64,000 nt of DNA, taken from NCBI RefSeq assembly GCF_040938485.1, contig NW_027272231.1:434001-498000 (forward strand), written 5' to 3'. Source of the stretch: Diadema antillarum. Taxonomy: Eukaryota. The translations under genes were made by a program, and so were the position numbers. The notes beneath the pieces were generated by a model. The model was not told the origin of the DNA and ran no database searches. It saw only the letters and a list, made by a program, of their open reading frames with translations. Shown here piece after piece: positions 39,679 through 53,995 of this stretch (its first letter is position 1; the number at the start of each line of letters is the position of its first letter).

Positions 39679-39899
39679 TACTGTATAAGCTGTTATTTTC
39701 GCGTACAGATATTTTTTGCGTGTGAGGAGATCACAGACATTTTCGCGAGATGTTGTTTTCGCGAATTGATACATGCTATAAGGGCACTGTTACCCTCGCA
39801 CAAGGCAACATTTTCGCATGTTGTTAAATTCGCGGTCCAACAGTGATTCGCGATATTCATGAAAATCAAACCCTCGCAAAAATAATAGCTTATACAGTA
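39679..39899. mobile_element. TA-flanked MITE, family-A-related, about 40 bp from an ANKAR donor
   Basis: TIR tactgtataagc...gcttatacagta with ttttcgcg motifs. Confidence 0.7.
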
Positions 39900-40047
39900 G
39901 GTACTGGAAAGGTAGCCAAACACAATCATATTGTTACAGCTATCATTTTTACCTGCAATATTCTTATCCATGATTGATCCATGAAGACTGATCATTGAAA
40001 CATTGAGATGAACAGGGAAGGAAAAGATTGGTCTTCTTTTCTTTCAG

Positions 40048-40070
40048 ATTAGACAGATCTATCTTCAATC
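40048..40070 (+). CDS. ANKAR: ANKAR-like 23-nt micro-exon (E-LDRSIFN-P)
   Basis: Strong acceptor tcttcttttctttcag and donor gtaaat. Phase 2 in and phase 1 out exactly bridge the flanking exons. Confidence 0.6.
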
Positions 40071-40365
40071 GTAAATTTTGTTTCAGTTTGAAAGATTTTA
40101 ATATTTTTGATCTGGATTCTTCTCCGATAGAAAAGAAGATCAATCATTTCTTCTCCTGAAAGATAACTAAGATGATTTTCATGTCTGGAACTTATCTGTT
40201 GATGACTAGCTTGCCTTTTTTTCCACACTTCTCTTCCAAATGAATTCACTAGGTCTCCTTGCGAATTGGAAAGGGAATTTGTTGTGGAGTGTCGAGATGA
40301 ATCTTGACAAAGAATGATTTGTCATATATTGTAAACACTACAATGCAACTTTAGGTTTTCATTAA

Positions 40366-40718
40366 AGGTACTGTTGACCATTTGGAGCAGTAGTTTAAAA
40401 AGCGTTCGAATTATCACATTTGATACATATGTATAGGTCAGTTGTATCACAAAACATTGTACCACATAAAAATTTTGCAATAAAGCCTAAAACATAAGGA
40501 GATATCACTGTTTTTGTCACTAAGCCATAACTGTAAGACGGTTTTGTCTGGAAACAATTTTATCATAGCTATTGTTCACATTTCGTATATTTAACAATAC
40601 TTCACATTTATTATACTGATTAACTTTTTAACGCTGGTTGTTTCTATCCCTAACTCACATTGTAGAACTACCGGTACTAAAGCTGGGTTTTTGTTTCATC
40701 TGCAAATGGTAAATGCCT
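40366..40718. mobile_element. Kolobok/T2-like MITE family C (ANKAR intron)
   Basis: TTAA-flanked; homologous to 4573-4933. Confidence 0.75.
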
Positions 40719-40854
40719 TTAATATTTCTCACATGATGAGTTCTAGACCACAATATGTACAGCATCACAGCAATGGTCTTTATTCATGCTCCTGCTTTGA
40801 ATCGTACGTATAATGAATTGTTTGCTTTATTCAATTCTTGTTTTACATGTGCAG

Positions 40855-40923
40855 CACTCTCTGAAGCCATGTCTGGTTGGCAAGAAGGCCATCCCTTCCT
40901 GAACAACGTAAAAAATCCAAATG
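40855..40923 (+). CDS. ANKAR: ANKAR-like exon (LSEAMSGWQEGHPFLNNVKNPN)
   Basis: Acceptor ttttacatgtgcag, donor G|gtaagc. 69 nt, open only in phase 1/1. Confidence 0.65.
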
Positions 40924-43234
40924 GTAAGCTCAGTGCAGCAACAACCTTTTGCATAAAAGTTCTCATATGACATGCAAAGCAGACTTTTACCTCTGGTAGT
41001 TAAGATGTTTAGATTTCATCCTAATCAGATGTGAATGCAAGAACTGTGTAGCTTGACACTGTCCCAGGCAATATTTTGTTGTGGATGTGATATGAGAACT
41101 TTTAAACCTGTACCTAAACCATCCTTACCTTACTTTCAAACCTGTACCTAAACCATCCTTATCCTGCTAGAAGGAGCAAACATTATGGTACATTAAAAAA
41201 AAGGAAGCATATCTACATATTTCTCAAATGTTATCTCCAACACCTGTTTGCATGCTTTTAGATGTTTATTTTCTGAGGCTTTCTTAACTTTGCAACAACT
41301 AATACCGCAATATGAATTTTGACCTTTGACCATTGAGGCAGAACAGTCAATTAACCGCTAGGATCAAATGTACTGCATGGATCCTTGGTATACATGTTTG
41401 GAAAAGCTGTTGAGGTTTGCCTGACTTAACAGCAACTAATTCTTGCATCTTGAAATCTGAAAGTAGAAGAAAAGAAATGAATGGAGCTGGTGAAATAAAT
41501 TGCTTCTCAGTAAGTATTGTAACGAGAAATATTCTCAAAATCAATTGCATGTAATAAAATGTGCCTGTTTTGAAATAACCTTCTGCTATTGCAGATATTA
41601 ACAGATTTCATGATCAGTTAGAAATTTTAAACTCGACACTCTCCCACAAATGCAGTGCATGCTTCAAACATAATCAGTGTGACTGTGTCTATGCCTGTTA
41701 GTACAAGCATGACATATGTACCAATGGCAATATGTTGCATTTAGATATGCCACTAAAGAATATGAGATATTTATCTGCTCTGGAACAGTTAGGAAATGAT
41801 GTTGTTCCAAGATACTGCAGTGTCTTTCATGAATAGGATGCTATTAATGTCTTTCATTTAGTGAGTCATACCCAAAGTGTTAGACAGATATATTATGCAT
41901 TTCAATGATAGTCTGTCCCTTTGGCAAGGGGCATTCAGGCGTCAAGAAAATATAATTTAATATATTATTATTATCATTATCATTATTATCGTTATTATTA
42001 TTACAAATCTGTACTAACTCTCCACTATGAATTATACATTCCTGTACCCCTTTCTAACTCTTGTTGCATGCATAGCTCTTGATGGGTAAGTCCCCCCTTG
42101 TTTTTCTGAATACCTCTTAAATCATTCTCTTAACATGTCTGTTTCCTCTTTATTATCATCATTATTTTATATCACTTGTTTGTTTGTCTGCTTTGGGTTT
42201 TTGTTTTTGTTTTGTTTGTTTGTATTTTTGGTTCTGTTTGTTTTTTAGCAGATGAGTACATCGCTGTATTAAAGTGTGTGATACTGACATTTAACAATTT
42301 GAATATCCTGTCGCTCTTTGCAATGCAATTGATTTGTTTACAAAGAAAAACAAAAAGTGTGATGACCTCATTCAGGTGTCAGGTGTGTTAGAAGGGAAAG
42401 GCTATTGATTCATGCACCTAATCATCGTCAAGTGCGAAGTTTCTTTTTTGTCTGCTCACTGCAGTGTTTCTGAATAAGTGCTCTTTTTGGTGATGTTGTG
42501 CTTGAAGAACATGTGACAGAGCAATAATGTTTTAGCAAAAAAAAAAACAAAAAAAAAAATCCCCCCAATCCCGTGTCAGCTTTTTTTTTTGTTGAAAAAA
42601 TAAACTCACATAGGTTGCTTAGATAGTGCAGCCAGTGTCTACACAAATGCTTGGAAATGGTTTGTAAGACCTGAATGAACATATATGCCAGTTTGTTTGT
42701 TTGTTTGTTTGTTTTTGATATTTTTTTTTCAATAGCCCTAGTTTTTACATTTTAGCAGAGAGCAATCCATGACCACAATGTTATTTGTTTGTTTGTTTTT
42801 CATTGTAGTTAGGTTGTGTTATTGCTGCTGCGCACGGAGTGACACTTTTCCACCATTCACTACTAAAGCACATTATGTCACGACAGTAACAATGTTACCA
42901 TCACCAGTTGTATCAATTTATGGGTCATGAGACCTGCTCATGGACATTATCCTTCAGAATAACAACAATGATAACAAATAGAACGTATCATGTGCTTTCT
43001 CTGGTTGACAAGCACATAGGAAGAATTACAGTCCATGCTTGATAATCACCCTTTGTTCTACAAGCGTTGTGCAAGATATATTTGTGTGGATATTAACATG
43101 TCATTTCATGAAGCGATACATGTGCAGAATGGATCAGCTTAGTATTCGGTGGCATAGGACACTCTATTGTGCCTCCCTCAGGAGAAAAAAAAAAAGCAGT
43201 GGGGGGGGGGGGGAGAGAAGAAACTCATGTGATA

Positions 43235-43445
43235 TACTGTAAAACATGATATATTCGCGGCATGAAATTTTCGCGAATTGGAGCCGAGAGCCTTTGTCGT
43301 GGCATGAAATTTTCGCGAATTGCTGCTGGCATTCAATGCATGTAGTGTAGACAAAAGCTTTCGCGTGCATTTTAATTTCGCGAATCTTGGCGCTCGCGAA
43401 ATTCGCGAAATTAAAATGCACGCGAAAATTTCTCGTTTTACAGTA
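43235..43445. mobile_element. TA-flanked MITE family A
   Basis: tactgtaaaacatgatatattcgcggcatgaaa...ttttacagta; near-identical start to 2744. Confidence 0.78.
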
Positions 43446-44147
43446 GTGGTTGCCCCAGTATCAATATCACAGTTTTGTAGGATTACAATGCACACAGACG
43501 CCAAAGGGCTCTGTTATCTGTGTGACATCATATTGGCTGATAAACAATTGTTTCAACGGTCATAACTTTTAACTAACTAATCTTTCACTGACATTCTATC
43601 TCTGAGTGTATTTGTCAGATGCTCAGTTCTACACAGATAATGAGTTTGATAGGTACACATGTAAAATGCAAACACAGTAAAGGCCTGGGGCTAATCAAGA
43701 TGTGTATGGGGGGGGGGGGGGGAGTGGGAGTTGAGAATTCATACTTCACAAGTCTGTAGTATGTTACGTCTTTAGTTTTTAGTCAATATAAAAAGAACAC
43801 ACTCTGTATTTTAGGAAGCCTCATATATTGTAGAAGTCACTTGGTAGAAAGTGCAGCCCATTGTCAGATTAGTCACTGAAATAGCTAGGTACATGGATAG
43901 ATCACTATATAGTTCTCGTAATGGCTAATATCTTATCTTGAACGTGTTTCATTTCATACAAAGGTATTGCATAGACCGGTAATCACATCTTTAAATAAGT
44001 GTTGTAGCTCTAGATGCATCATTGTAGAGGCAAAGTTGTGTTAACACCACTAATGCTGAACAGGAACCAGTGCCTTTGTGGTTCTCGGTAGAAGGTAATG
44101 CTGTTTTTTATGTTGAGGCATCTGTGGTATTCCAGATTTTTGACATT

Positions 44148-44606
44148 ATTGAAAGTTTGTGAAAAATCAGATAATCCCTTCAAAAGTTATGAGTTTCTCC
44201 TCAGTCATTACTGGATGAGAAGAATACTGCAGTTTGTGATGTCACATGCGTAGAATGATATAAAGAAAATATAAAGAGAATTTTACAAAATCTCATTTTT
44301 TGAAAAAAGTACAAATTCCCTCAACTTGTTACTGATGTATGTTAAGGGTAATATCATTCCCCATGCCTTCTAAAAGAACCAAGTGAAGTGCTCATTTATA
44401 GTGGAAGAAAAGTGAATACTCATATATTTTCTTAATATTGTTTTTTGCGTGTGACATCACAAGCAGAAAAAGTCTTTGGCACTGAAACTTCAAAAATTCG
44501 TAACTTTTAAACAGAGTGTCGGATGTTCCTCAAACTTTCACTGATGTGTTTCTATCAATATTGCTGCATTCTTTCTATCCCATGCATATTAAGGTGAACG
44601 TGTCCT
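44148..44606. mobile_element. 5'-truncated Kolobok/T2-like MITE family B
   Basis: Right end aaggtgaacgtgtcct|TTAA and internal homology to 16524-17092. Confidence 0.65.
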
Positions 44607-44696
44607 TTAAATGTTACAACCAGGAACAAGTGAAATGAATGACTCATTTTTAGGTGTGCAGGAAGAAGCAATCAGAAGCTTTGTGTGCACTAAAAA

Positions 44697-44851
44697 CAGT
44701 GGCGGATCCAGAGTGGGGCGCAATCGGCGCACGCCCCCCTTTATTTTTCGTTAAAAACAAAAGAAATAGAAATAAAAAAATGGAATGAAACCTGGAAGTG
44801 GTACCAGAAATATTAGTTGCAGAATTTACAGAATTCCTGGATCCACCCCTG
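44697..44851. mobile_element. Small TIR element (cagtggcggatcca...tggatccacccctg)
   Basis: Imperfect TIRs flanked by the direct repeat ctaaaaa. Confidence 0.6.
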
Positions 44852-44966
44852 CTAAAAAAGTGGCATACTGAGAGACTGAATAGTGATCTCTAAATATGTT
44901 ATGTATCTAAACTTTGTTTGTTTGTTTGTTTGTTTTGTGTGTGTGTGTGTGTGCTCAATCTTGCAG

Positions 44967-45268
44967 GGCGTCGGTTCACGATACTGAGCTCTGGGGAGCT
45001 GACTGGCCTGAGTCACCAACCAAGTTCACCCACGAACCCATTGAGTTCCAACTTTCTTGATGATGCCACTGTCATCACGGAGACGGCCACAAACAATCCC
45101 AGCAGTGTAGCCTTTGCAGGCACCGCGCTTGGCGGTACCACCGGCGACTTCTCTGCAGAGAGTGGGCAGCGGGCGGCGTCAACGAACACCAGTGGGCAGC
45201 GCCGCCAGTGGAGCCAGCCCTCCACTGCCAGAAGTAGGATGTCGTCCAGGGATGTCGCCATCACCTGA
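44967..45268 (+). CDS. ANKAR: ANKAR-like terminal exon (S/T-rich tail ending SRDVAIT*)
   Basis: Acceptor ctcaatcttgcag, phase 1. GC-rich open frame to TGA at 45266-45268 (ORF 44918..45268). Confidence 0.7.
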
Positions 45269-45656
45269 TGCAGTATTAGTGTGATGTGGTGGACCGCATA
45301 AAAGGGATGCTGAAAGTGGCCCAGCTGTTTAGCAGTGAGATGTGTTTTTGATTGCTTCATTTTGTGTGTTTCTCCCACTAGGTGAATGCTGTGCAATCTT
45401 CTTTGGCTGTGTATACTTTACACATGCTTATCATCAGCATATCTGTTACTGTATTCACTGCAGGTACTGTCCAGTTTAAGCATTGTGTTTATAGCTTTGC
45501 TGGAATTCATGCTCTATGCATACAGAGAACAACAGCTGAAACAGTGTTGATTTTGAAAAAACAAAGTCACTGAATGCATCTGTGTAGTACCTTTAAAATC
45601 TCCTTGTGAACGTACAATCTATTTATGTCTTGTGGACAAAGGAATTAAAAGGTATA

Positions 45657-46279
45657 CCGGGTGTCCCAAAAAAAGCGGAACGGTGGATTTTCAGTACCTT
45701 GCATTCTAAAAGTGATATATTTTTTGACATCATTAGAAAGAGCATCTTGCGCAGAAGACGATGATACCATAATCATTAGATTTGGTTCAGTACTTTTTAT
45801 TCTACGCCAATTTCTGTAAATGCAGTCATTTTCAAATTTCGCCGGATTTTTGCGACTCATGAGATAATAATTTGAGCCCGACACGCGATCCATACGGTGA
45901 ATATTGTGTAAGCTCGGTGATCCATGTCATCAAAAGATACAGCTTTCACATTGGGCGCGGGCCAGGAAAAAACAGTGTGTGTGTGTGTGTGTGTGCGCCC
46001 AATGTGAAAGCTTTTGTTGACATGGATCAACGAGCTTACACAATTCACAGTATGGAACACTCATCGCACCCAAATTATTATCTCATAAGTCGCAAAAATT
46101 TGAAAATGACTGCTTTTACAGAAATTGGCGTAGAATAAAAAGTACTGAACCAAATTTAATGATTTTGGTATCATTGTCTTTTGCGGGAGATGTTCTTTCT
46201 AATGACGTCAAGAAATATAGAACTTTTAGAACACAAGGTACTGAAAATCCACCGTTCCACTTTTTTTTTGGACACCCAG
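45657..46279. mobile_element. Tc1/mariner-like fold-back MITE downstream of the ANKAR stop
   Basis: TA|ccgggtgtccc...ggacacccag|TA. Long inverted arms around a central (GT)n. Confidence 0.8.
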
Positions 46280-46559
46280 TATATGATGAAGCAATAAGAG
46301 GGGCATTTGTGGGCTTGGGCATGTGTGTGTGTGTGTGTGTGTTTGTGTGTGTGTGTGAGATACACATGAACAGATTTCAGTAGTGAGTATAAAGAAAGGA
46401 TATATTATGTCCATCAGGAAAGTTTACACCCTTCATGTGGAGTGGTATGAAGAACAAACCTTGAAACCAAGCACACAGTATTATCCCTCACTAAGGCTGA
46501 GTACAAGTTGAGACATTTCTTATGTGGCCTCTAGAGAAACTGTCAAATGTCTTCAAGAC

Positions 46560-46710
46560 AGAAGCATCTGCAGGACAGGTGGATTTGGTCCCCTCTGAAT
46601 GATTAGGCAATGAAGATGAAGTACCTTGCCTAAAGGCTCTACTGTGGATTTGAACCGGGAACCTCTGTAATTGAGAGCACATGGTGTAGCTTATCCACCA
46701 AGCGACAACA
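46560..46710 (-). mobile_element. Degenerate tRNA-derived SINE
   Basis: Minus strand has A-box-like tggtggataag, B-box ggttcaaatcc, then cctttaggcaaggtactt typical of SINE2 cores. No cloverleaf. Confidence 0.55.
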
Positions 46711-47864
46711 TTCTCCCCCATCAGAGTTGCACATTCTTTTCAGACTGCATATTTTGACATTGCTATGCAATGGATGCTCAGTATAAAGAGGCTCTTGGGC
46801 TGGGGCTATTTTGTTCATCATGTCCGGTATTTTGCCAGACAAATCACAACAAGCAGAAAAAAAAATGAACAACACAAAGGAGTTGACTTCATGGGAACCA
46901 ATGACTGAGTGTTTTGCAGCAGGCATTCTGTTCAAATGTGTAAATGTCATGTTAGAATTGGGCTTCACTGTTAAGTGCTGGCGTTGTGTACCAAGGGAGA
47001 TTGTTGATTTCAAGCAAATGTTATACATGCAAAGGTGCCTGATTGTGATGAATTTGACATCCCCACTTCCCGACCATCTGGTAGACCTTTCCCCCATGAA
47101 TCATGTTAAATAATTTAGAAAAAAACAAACAAAACATATTGATGAGGAGAAACAAGTCAGGGACAGCTGAAGTAAAATCATTTAATGTCAAGTTGGCTAA
47201 TATCAGTTAAGTTTATAATTTTCCATGTGAAAAAGTGTCCTTGTGCAAGATCCGATATGTCCAAAAACATCTGTGTGTTGTTACATACGTGATGCGTCAG
47301 TGGAGGGTGAAATTTGTCAAAATCTCCACACAGTGAAATATTCCAGGATTTAGAGTTAAAGGGGGTAATCTGACATGACACTATCTTTACACTTTACACT
47401 ATCACTATAAATTTGACTTCAATCAGTTGCAATGTTACTTGGCATAATGCTTGCATCACAGTGGTGACATAGGAGTAATGAGAAGACCAACATTCCATGA
47501 AAATGTAGTGATATTGGCAGCTACAAATGTACTCCTGACAAGTTCCTCTGTTTTTGATGAAGCTGCTCATTCAGAAGCTGCTTATTCAGAAACCTATCAT
47601 TTGAATGAAAGATGGGTGGAATCAGTGCGTGTATCAGTGTGTTTTTAATGAATGCTGAGGATGTATACATATTCTAACCTTTGCAGCTGTAGATGACAGT
47701 GCTTTACCTTCACCTGCTGTTGCGCGAATAAGTGTTATGTTTGCATTTGATAATCATGAGAAAACATAAAATGCCTTACGTAATAGAATTATGTAGAAGC
47801 AACAACACCAAAGCTTTTAATTCATACAAAATCAGCCAAAGAGAAGAAAAGAAATAAATCAATG

Positions 47865-47868
<4 letters not shown>

Positions 47869-47902
<34 letters not shown>
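47869..47902. repeat. (GA)n microsatellite
   Basis: Direct reading. Confidence 0.9.
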
Positions 47903-47905
<3 letters not shown>

Positions 47906-48293
47906 GGAATCATAGTATTTTTGAGCATTGCTCTGTTGTTTTGTGTCTTTTACACTGATTATTGTTTATGGATGGCCATAATTCACTGAAAGGTTCATGG
48001 ATTAGAAGACCAGTAAATCATGTTCACTCCTGTATATCATTTCTGGCGCATGTCATATACTCCAGTATGCTTGGTGTACCCAGGAAGTTGTGAGATTGTA
48101 GTCATCCTGTTTCAAGTTGTCAGAGTGTTTTTTTGTTTTGCCTCGTCACATTAAACAAAAGAGAAAGACTTTTGTTGTGAAACCTCGAAAGATTCCCAAC
48201 ATCATTGCAGTTGTATTGGCCCACAGGTCATATGTAGAATACACTTCATTTTGTATATTTAATACAAAAATCACATCTAAATGTTCTAACAAA

Positions 48294-48423
48294 NNNNNNN
48301 NNNNNNNNNNNNNNNNNNNNNNNNNNNNNNNNNNNNNNNNNNNNNNNNNNNNNNNNNNNNNNNNNNNNNNNNNNNNNNNNNNNNNNNNNNNNNNNNNNNN
48401 NNNNNNNNNNNNNNNNNNNNNNN
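48294..48423. other. Assembly gap (130 N)
   Basis: Run of n. Confidence 1.
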
Positions 48424-49836
48424 GCAGCTACTATAATGATATTCATGTACTCTATTGCCCTTCACAAAATATTAGTCATGACTTGCATGATTGAAACCCC
48501 AAGTAGCATTTTTCCAAAGATCAGTTTTTGACCTTGTCTTAAACTCATTAAGCATGCATTGCTATTGTACGTCACAGAGTTCAATTCCAAATTCCAGATT
48601 AAATTTATATAAAAGGGTAATTCACCATTCGACTGGCCAACATTCACCACAGCATCCGGTTCCATTTTTTTTTTTTTTTAACAGGATTAATGTTATGCTG
48701 AATTACAGCGCACATCGTACCTATGTAATTTTCCAAAGACAGGTTCTTGTCTCCCAATCTAATGTAGATATTATCAAGAGATTCTGATGTGTGCACCTGT
48801 ACACACAAATGAAAGCAATATTTGTATGTGATTCATTGCAATATGATGTATAGGAAGATATTTTGAAAAATTCCTAACTTTACATGAACATTTACTGTTT
48901 GAAATGGAACAAACCATGAAAATTGAAATTTCTTCCTCTGTAAAGTGGTGCAAAATGCTGTACACGTTTTGTATTTTTTTTTTTTCATCAGACTTTGCAT
49001 GCAGTGTGCTTACTTGTAGACAGCTCTTTTAACGTATTGTGCTGCTTAAAGAGATTATGTTGAATAAGTGAGATTAAAGATTTTCAACCCTGTCAGCTTG
49101 AAACTACATGTATACTGCCAAAATTAGATAATCATTGCATAACTTATATCATCGTTGCTAGTACTACATTTAAATAGTATTATTATGATTATAATTCATA
49201 TTTTCAAGCAATTATTGTATTGTTCATCAGAAGCATCATTAATTACATGTATGCTAATACTAGGTCTCTAGTCTTCTCACTAATTTACTATTTCAATATT
49301 GAAGTGTGACTTGTGTGTGGAAAGGTTGAAATGCTGTTTGCTATAGGATTTCTGTGAGACTAATGCTTAAGGCAGATTTATGCTTGATTTTTTTTTTTCC
49401 TTCATCTATTTCTTTTTAAAGAAAATAAACTTGTGTCATTTGAAATTTCTAAGAAAAGATAGGTTTGTATGTATTGAGATGTACATACCATGAGTGAAAT
49501 TAACATGTATTTTCATATGTGTCTCAAATAAACAAAATAAATATTTCTGCAGAGTAATGATCCCCTTGCCATTTGTCGGTGTTCCTATTCCAAAGTTTGG
49601 GCAGGGAGATGGGCAGTTTGGGTGATGGGCCTCTGTCAAGGCCTAAAAATGAAAATTTGGAGTGCAGAATTTCTCCGAGGTTTTCATTGCATCTTATCTC
49701 TATCCTTGTGAATTGTGTTAAAAACTTAGAATAATGCTATATGTATACACCCACTTCATGTATAAATAAGTACACATAATTACACAAATAAATGAATAGA
49801 TAGATATATATGTATATATACATACATACATATATA

Positions 49837-50082
49837 TCGTCGCTGGGGTGACAAGACCTCGTATTTACAAAATGTCAAATGTTCAGGAGAGCCAAAAAAT
49901 ATGGCGGCCAAAGCACTGTGGCGAATGGGATAGCCTTTCCTGTGACATGCCATGGTGGCGTCATTTTTGGAGTAAGACAGTTGGGATTTGGACAGGACAT
50001 CACTTAACCCATTATTTGACTATTAAACCAAAAAAGTCATTTTCACCAAAAATTGCAGATAGGTCTTGTCACCCCAGCGACG

Positions 50083-50083
<1 letters not shown>
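49837..50083. mobile_element. MITE embedded in a (TA)n microsatellite
   Basis: Perfect TIR tcgtcgctggggtgacaagacct / aggtcttgtcaccccagcgacga, with TA-repeat tracts on both sides. Confidence 0.75.
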
Positions 50084-50113
<30 letters not shown>

Positions 50114-52524
50114 GTATATATATATATATATATAGAGTACATACATACATTGTATATCATATACGCACACACACACAAATACATACATTGTACCAACAGT
50201 AACCAAAGACAGGCACGCTATGAAATATAATTACATCAGATTTATGTGTAATTTTTGTACTGATGTTTTACAACAGTACCAAGAATATGGAGACGTTCCT
50301 TCCACAAAAGAACCTCACATATTTAAGATTTAAAAAAAAACACACACCTACAAAACAATCGAGCATTCTTTTAGAAGATGCACTTTATTGCTGTACCACT
50401 GGCATTAAGATTCATGCCTTTACATGTAGATATGTTACACAGGAGATTCTGTTTTGTAAATTTCACAAGTCCTGTAAGAATACAATCCATAAATAACTTT
50501 TTTTTTTCTATATTCAGTCAAGTGCAGCCATGAGTACCTAGTACACCTTTACCTTTTCTTTGAAAAACAGAAGTGTTTAATTACAAAACTGTAGTTTTGA
50601 ACAGAATTCATGTCATACAACAATATGAATGTAACTGTAAATATGCTGGCACTTTGTTTGTGAGAGGAAAAAGCCAAGCAAAGCAAAGCCAAAAAATACA
50701 ACAACCAAAGCAGAAGGATTATGACAACATTCACCACAAACTACCGATTCACAGCAACCTTTACAATAACATGCAGTATAATCCTAACAATGGGTAGGGC
50801 CTACGCATCCACTCTGCCAATAGACTTTAAATCTGGGCTCGGTTGAAATATGCCAAAATTTAAGTACAATATAGGTTTGTAACAGAAGCATTCTCCAATG
50901 TGTGTAATTGTACTGTACTTTTAAGTAGCAAAATACAAAAGTATACAGGAAAGGTTTACCTTGTTATAAAACTTGTGACAATTATTTGTACCTCGTTATA
51001 TTATGTTTCTCACTATAGAAGGTACAATATATGAAGAGTTTCATTGCAAAACGAGCTAACTCCATTCTTGATAAACTGAGATAATTGTGATTAAAGCTGC
51101 TAAAAAACAAAGGAAATAATAGGAAAATGAGGATATTTTTAAACATAACTTCTAGAATATTCCTTTTCATGTAACAAGTGAGGTATTAATAGAAAGGTTT
51201 AACTTTGCTCTATGTGATGACAGACTTGCTTTAAAATGTTTAAAAATGGGGCTGAGCTCATTTAACAATAAAACTCATATACATTTGTAAGGAGCTTGGA
51301 TCTGCAAAATCACCTTGTTATAAGAGGGTTTTGTTATATCTGAGCTATTAGAAGCAAGGTTTGACTGTAATGAAAAAAAAGGGGGAAAAAGCAAGAAAAA
51401 ACAAACAAACAGAATTTCAGTCTAGGGTGGTCCCAAAAGGCCCCTCTGAGGAAAGTAACCTCATTTTAATTTTCTTCAAGATGCTTGATCAGATTTGGCA
51501 GGATTTGGTTGCAAAGGCAAACAATGCAAATTCATTTGACTTGGACATAAAGGAGGTCCCAACTCTTTATATTTCATTGTTTTTGTACCTTGTTAAAAGT
51601 GAAAAACTTATGCAAGATAATTGTCATGGTTGTTGGTCCTTGTTATAATGAGATTCCTTTGTACTGCAGTACAGGTTCCTGTATTGTGTACAAATTACAT
51701 TTATAGACCTGTACGAAAGAAAAATGTTCTTAGGGTCCTTGAATACAGTGCGTAGTGCAATGTGTGATCTAATCAATAACATACAAGTACCACCAAGGAG
51801 CTCTTGTCAGCAATAAATGTACCCCATATAATATGTGATCATGATACACGTAACTATATAATAACCTCTTGACATTCTTGGGCCAAATGTACATGTACCT
51901 GTTTGTGATTACCACAATAAACACATATGGACAGTACAGTATCAGCAAGTTGATTTATTTATTTGTTTTCTTTCAGTAGGGTAGCTCTGTCAGTGGCTAC
52001 AAATACTGTACTGTTATTCTCAGTTAGCTGACTGCCAAATAAGGAAGATGGAGCATGGACACTAATCTAATAAAATACTGGAGAAAATTGAGAGGACTTG
52101 CCTATTGAATAGTTAACTATCATCCTAATCTGGGAAAATTCCATCCCCCTCCCCCACCCCCCAAACTTACATAGGCGCGTACCAACATGTCTTTTTAGGA
52201 TGGGAAAGCAATTCAAGCATCCAGTCGCCACAGCTTAATGATTTGGGGCCTGGTGTATAGAGTCCATACACATCAACACAGTCCACTTTAAAAGAGAAAG
52301 AAGATCCAGCACAACCTACAGCTTACATCATCACACCTTCAGAAAAAATAATGAAAAGAAAAGTAATTGTCAATTCACACTGCTGGATGCTACATCAAAG
52401 AGTGGAAGAGAGGCTGTGAAAACCATTTTCAGCACAAGAACACCGAGACAAACTTTGAGATTATTTAAAAAAAAAAGGTCTCATCATTCACAGTATAAAC
52501 TGTACTTTCAGTCTTGACTAATTA

Positions 52525-53039
52525 CAGTGCACTCCCGTTTTAACGAAATGCTCGGGACCGGCAATTTTCTTTCGTTATAACAAAATTTCGTTATAACCGA
52601 ACAAATACAATATATAATGAAAACAAAGAAACCACGTATTATATCATAATCAGTTTGCTGAATACTCATCACACACTGGAAAGCTATGTGAAATGTGATA
52701 GGATAACTGTACCACAATAACAAACGCAAGGTCCCCTCAGAAACTGTGCGTGACACAAGGAGCGAACACACAGTGGTGTGAAGCGTTCACCCATGCAGAG
52801 ACGCTATAAATAGTACCGCTACATATTTTCGAAAGCAATTCGCATTTCGTTACAACGGAGCATATTTCTTTTGTTTTTCTTTGTCTGTGGCACTCGGGAA
52901 AGACTTCGTTATAACAGAAATTTTGCTATAACCGTGTTCGTTATAAGCGAATTTTTTACCATAGACTTTAATGGTGATAATTTTGCGACCTGAAGATTTA
53001 CTTCGTTATAACCATGTTCGTTATAACGGGAGTGCACTG
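52525..53039. mobile_element. pogo/Tigger-like MITE
   Basis: TA|cagtgcactcccgtt...aacgggagtgcactg|TA with internal ttcgttataac repeats. Confidence 0.8.
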
Positions 53040-53995
53040 TATGGTACAATTATCTCTTATGCGTGTCTAGGCCTACAATATAATATTTGTCATGAATTTC
53101 CCTGATATGGCTGACACAAGTCAGAAGATGAAAGGCAAAAATGTTGCATCCAATCATAACCTGCCTGCATCATTTCGTACTGTCCCCTCTCATGATCACC
53201 CAACTGCATAACATTTGCCCTCGATATGAAGTGTCTGTAATTGTAAGAAGTAGGAAGACTGTCTCCTTTGTCAACCTGTCTTGTTTACAGGCAAATATTT
53301 CAGCATAATGGACATTTTGTAGCTGTGCATACAGTAATACATGTACCAAGAATTATAATACCAGTAATATAAAGTTTTTATATAGCACAATTAAGACCTA
53401 AATGCAAAGAATTTATGCATTTCCCCCCTCCCCCCCCCCAAAAAAAAAAAAAAAATACAAAGCATACAAAAGAAAAGCACAATGAAAATGAATACGGTAC
53501 ATTGGAAAGATTATTTCGATTACACATGAAGAGTTTCTTGCAAAAGAATGAACTCCATTCCTGTTGAGACATTTGCTATCAAAACTGCTAGAAATAACTA
53601 AGGAAAATGATAAGTAAATATGGGAGTTTTTCATCACAACTTAACGAATATATATTCTAATTTCTTTACAGTTGTATGTTACAAGTGAGGTGTCACCCCC
53701 CCCTCTTTTTACAGTGCACTCAACAGCATTTTGCTGTGTTTGAGACTGTGACGAAACTTAGCGATTTATTGATTTGTCTTCGTTTGTCCTTTAAATTTTA
53801 TTCACTCTGATTTTCCTCTTCCATGAATGCTCAAGGCAGCCTACAAGTACATGCAGAAATATGTTGTTGCTGGCAAAGTTATATCACTGTCCAGTTAAAC
53901 ACACACTCCAATAAGAATGCAATGTGAACATCTAAAACGCATACTACAAGTGTCACCTTCCAAGTCACAGCTGTGCTAAATAAATAAGGGGTCAT

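Noticed and set aside
41094-41163. Two-copy ~34-bp direct repeat aaacctgtacctaaaccatcctta
   Set aside because: Ordinary local slippage duplication in an intron.
46640-46710. tRNA gene
   Set aside because: Only A/B-box-like motifs followed by SINE core sequence; no cloverleaf.
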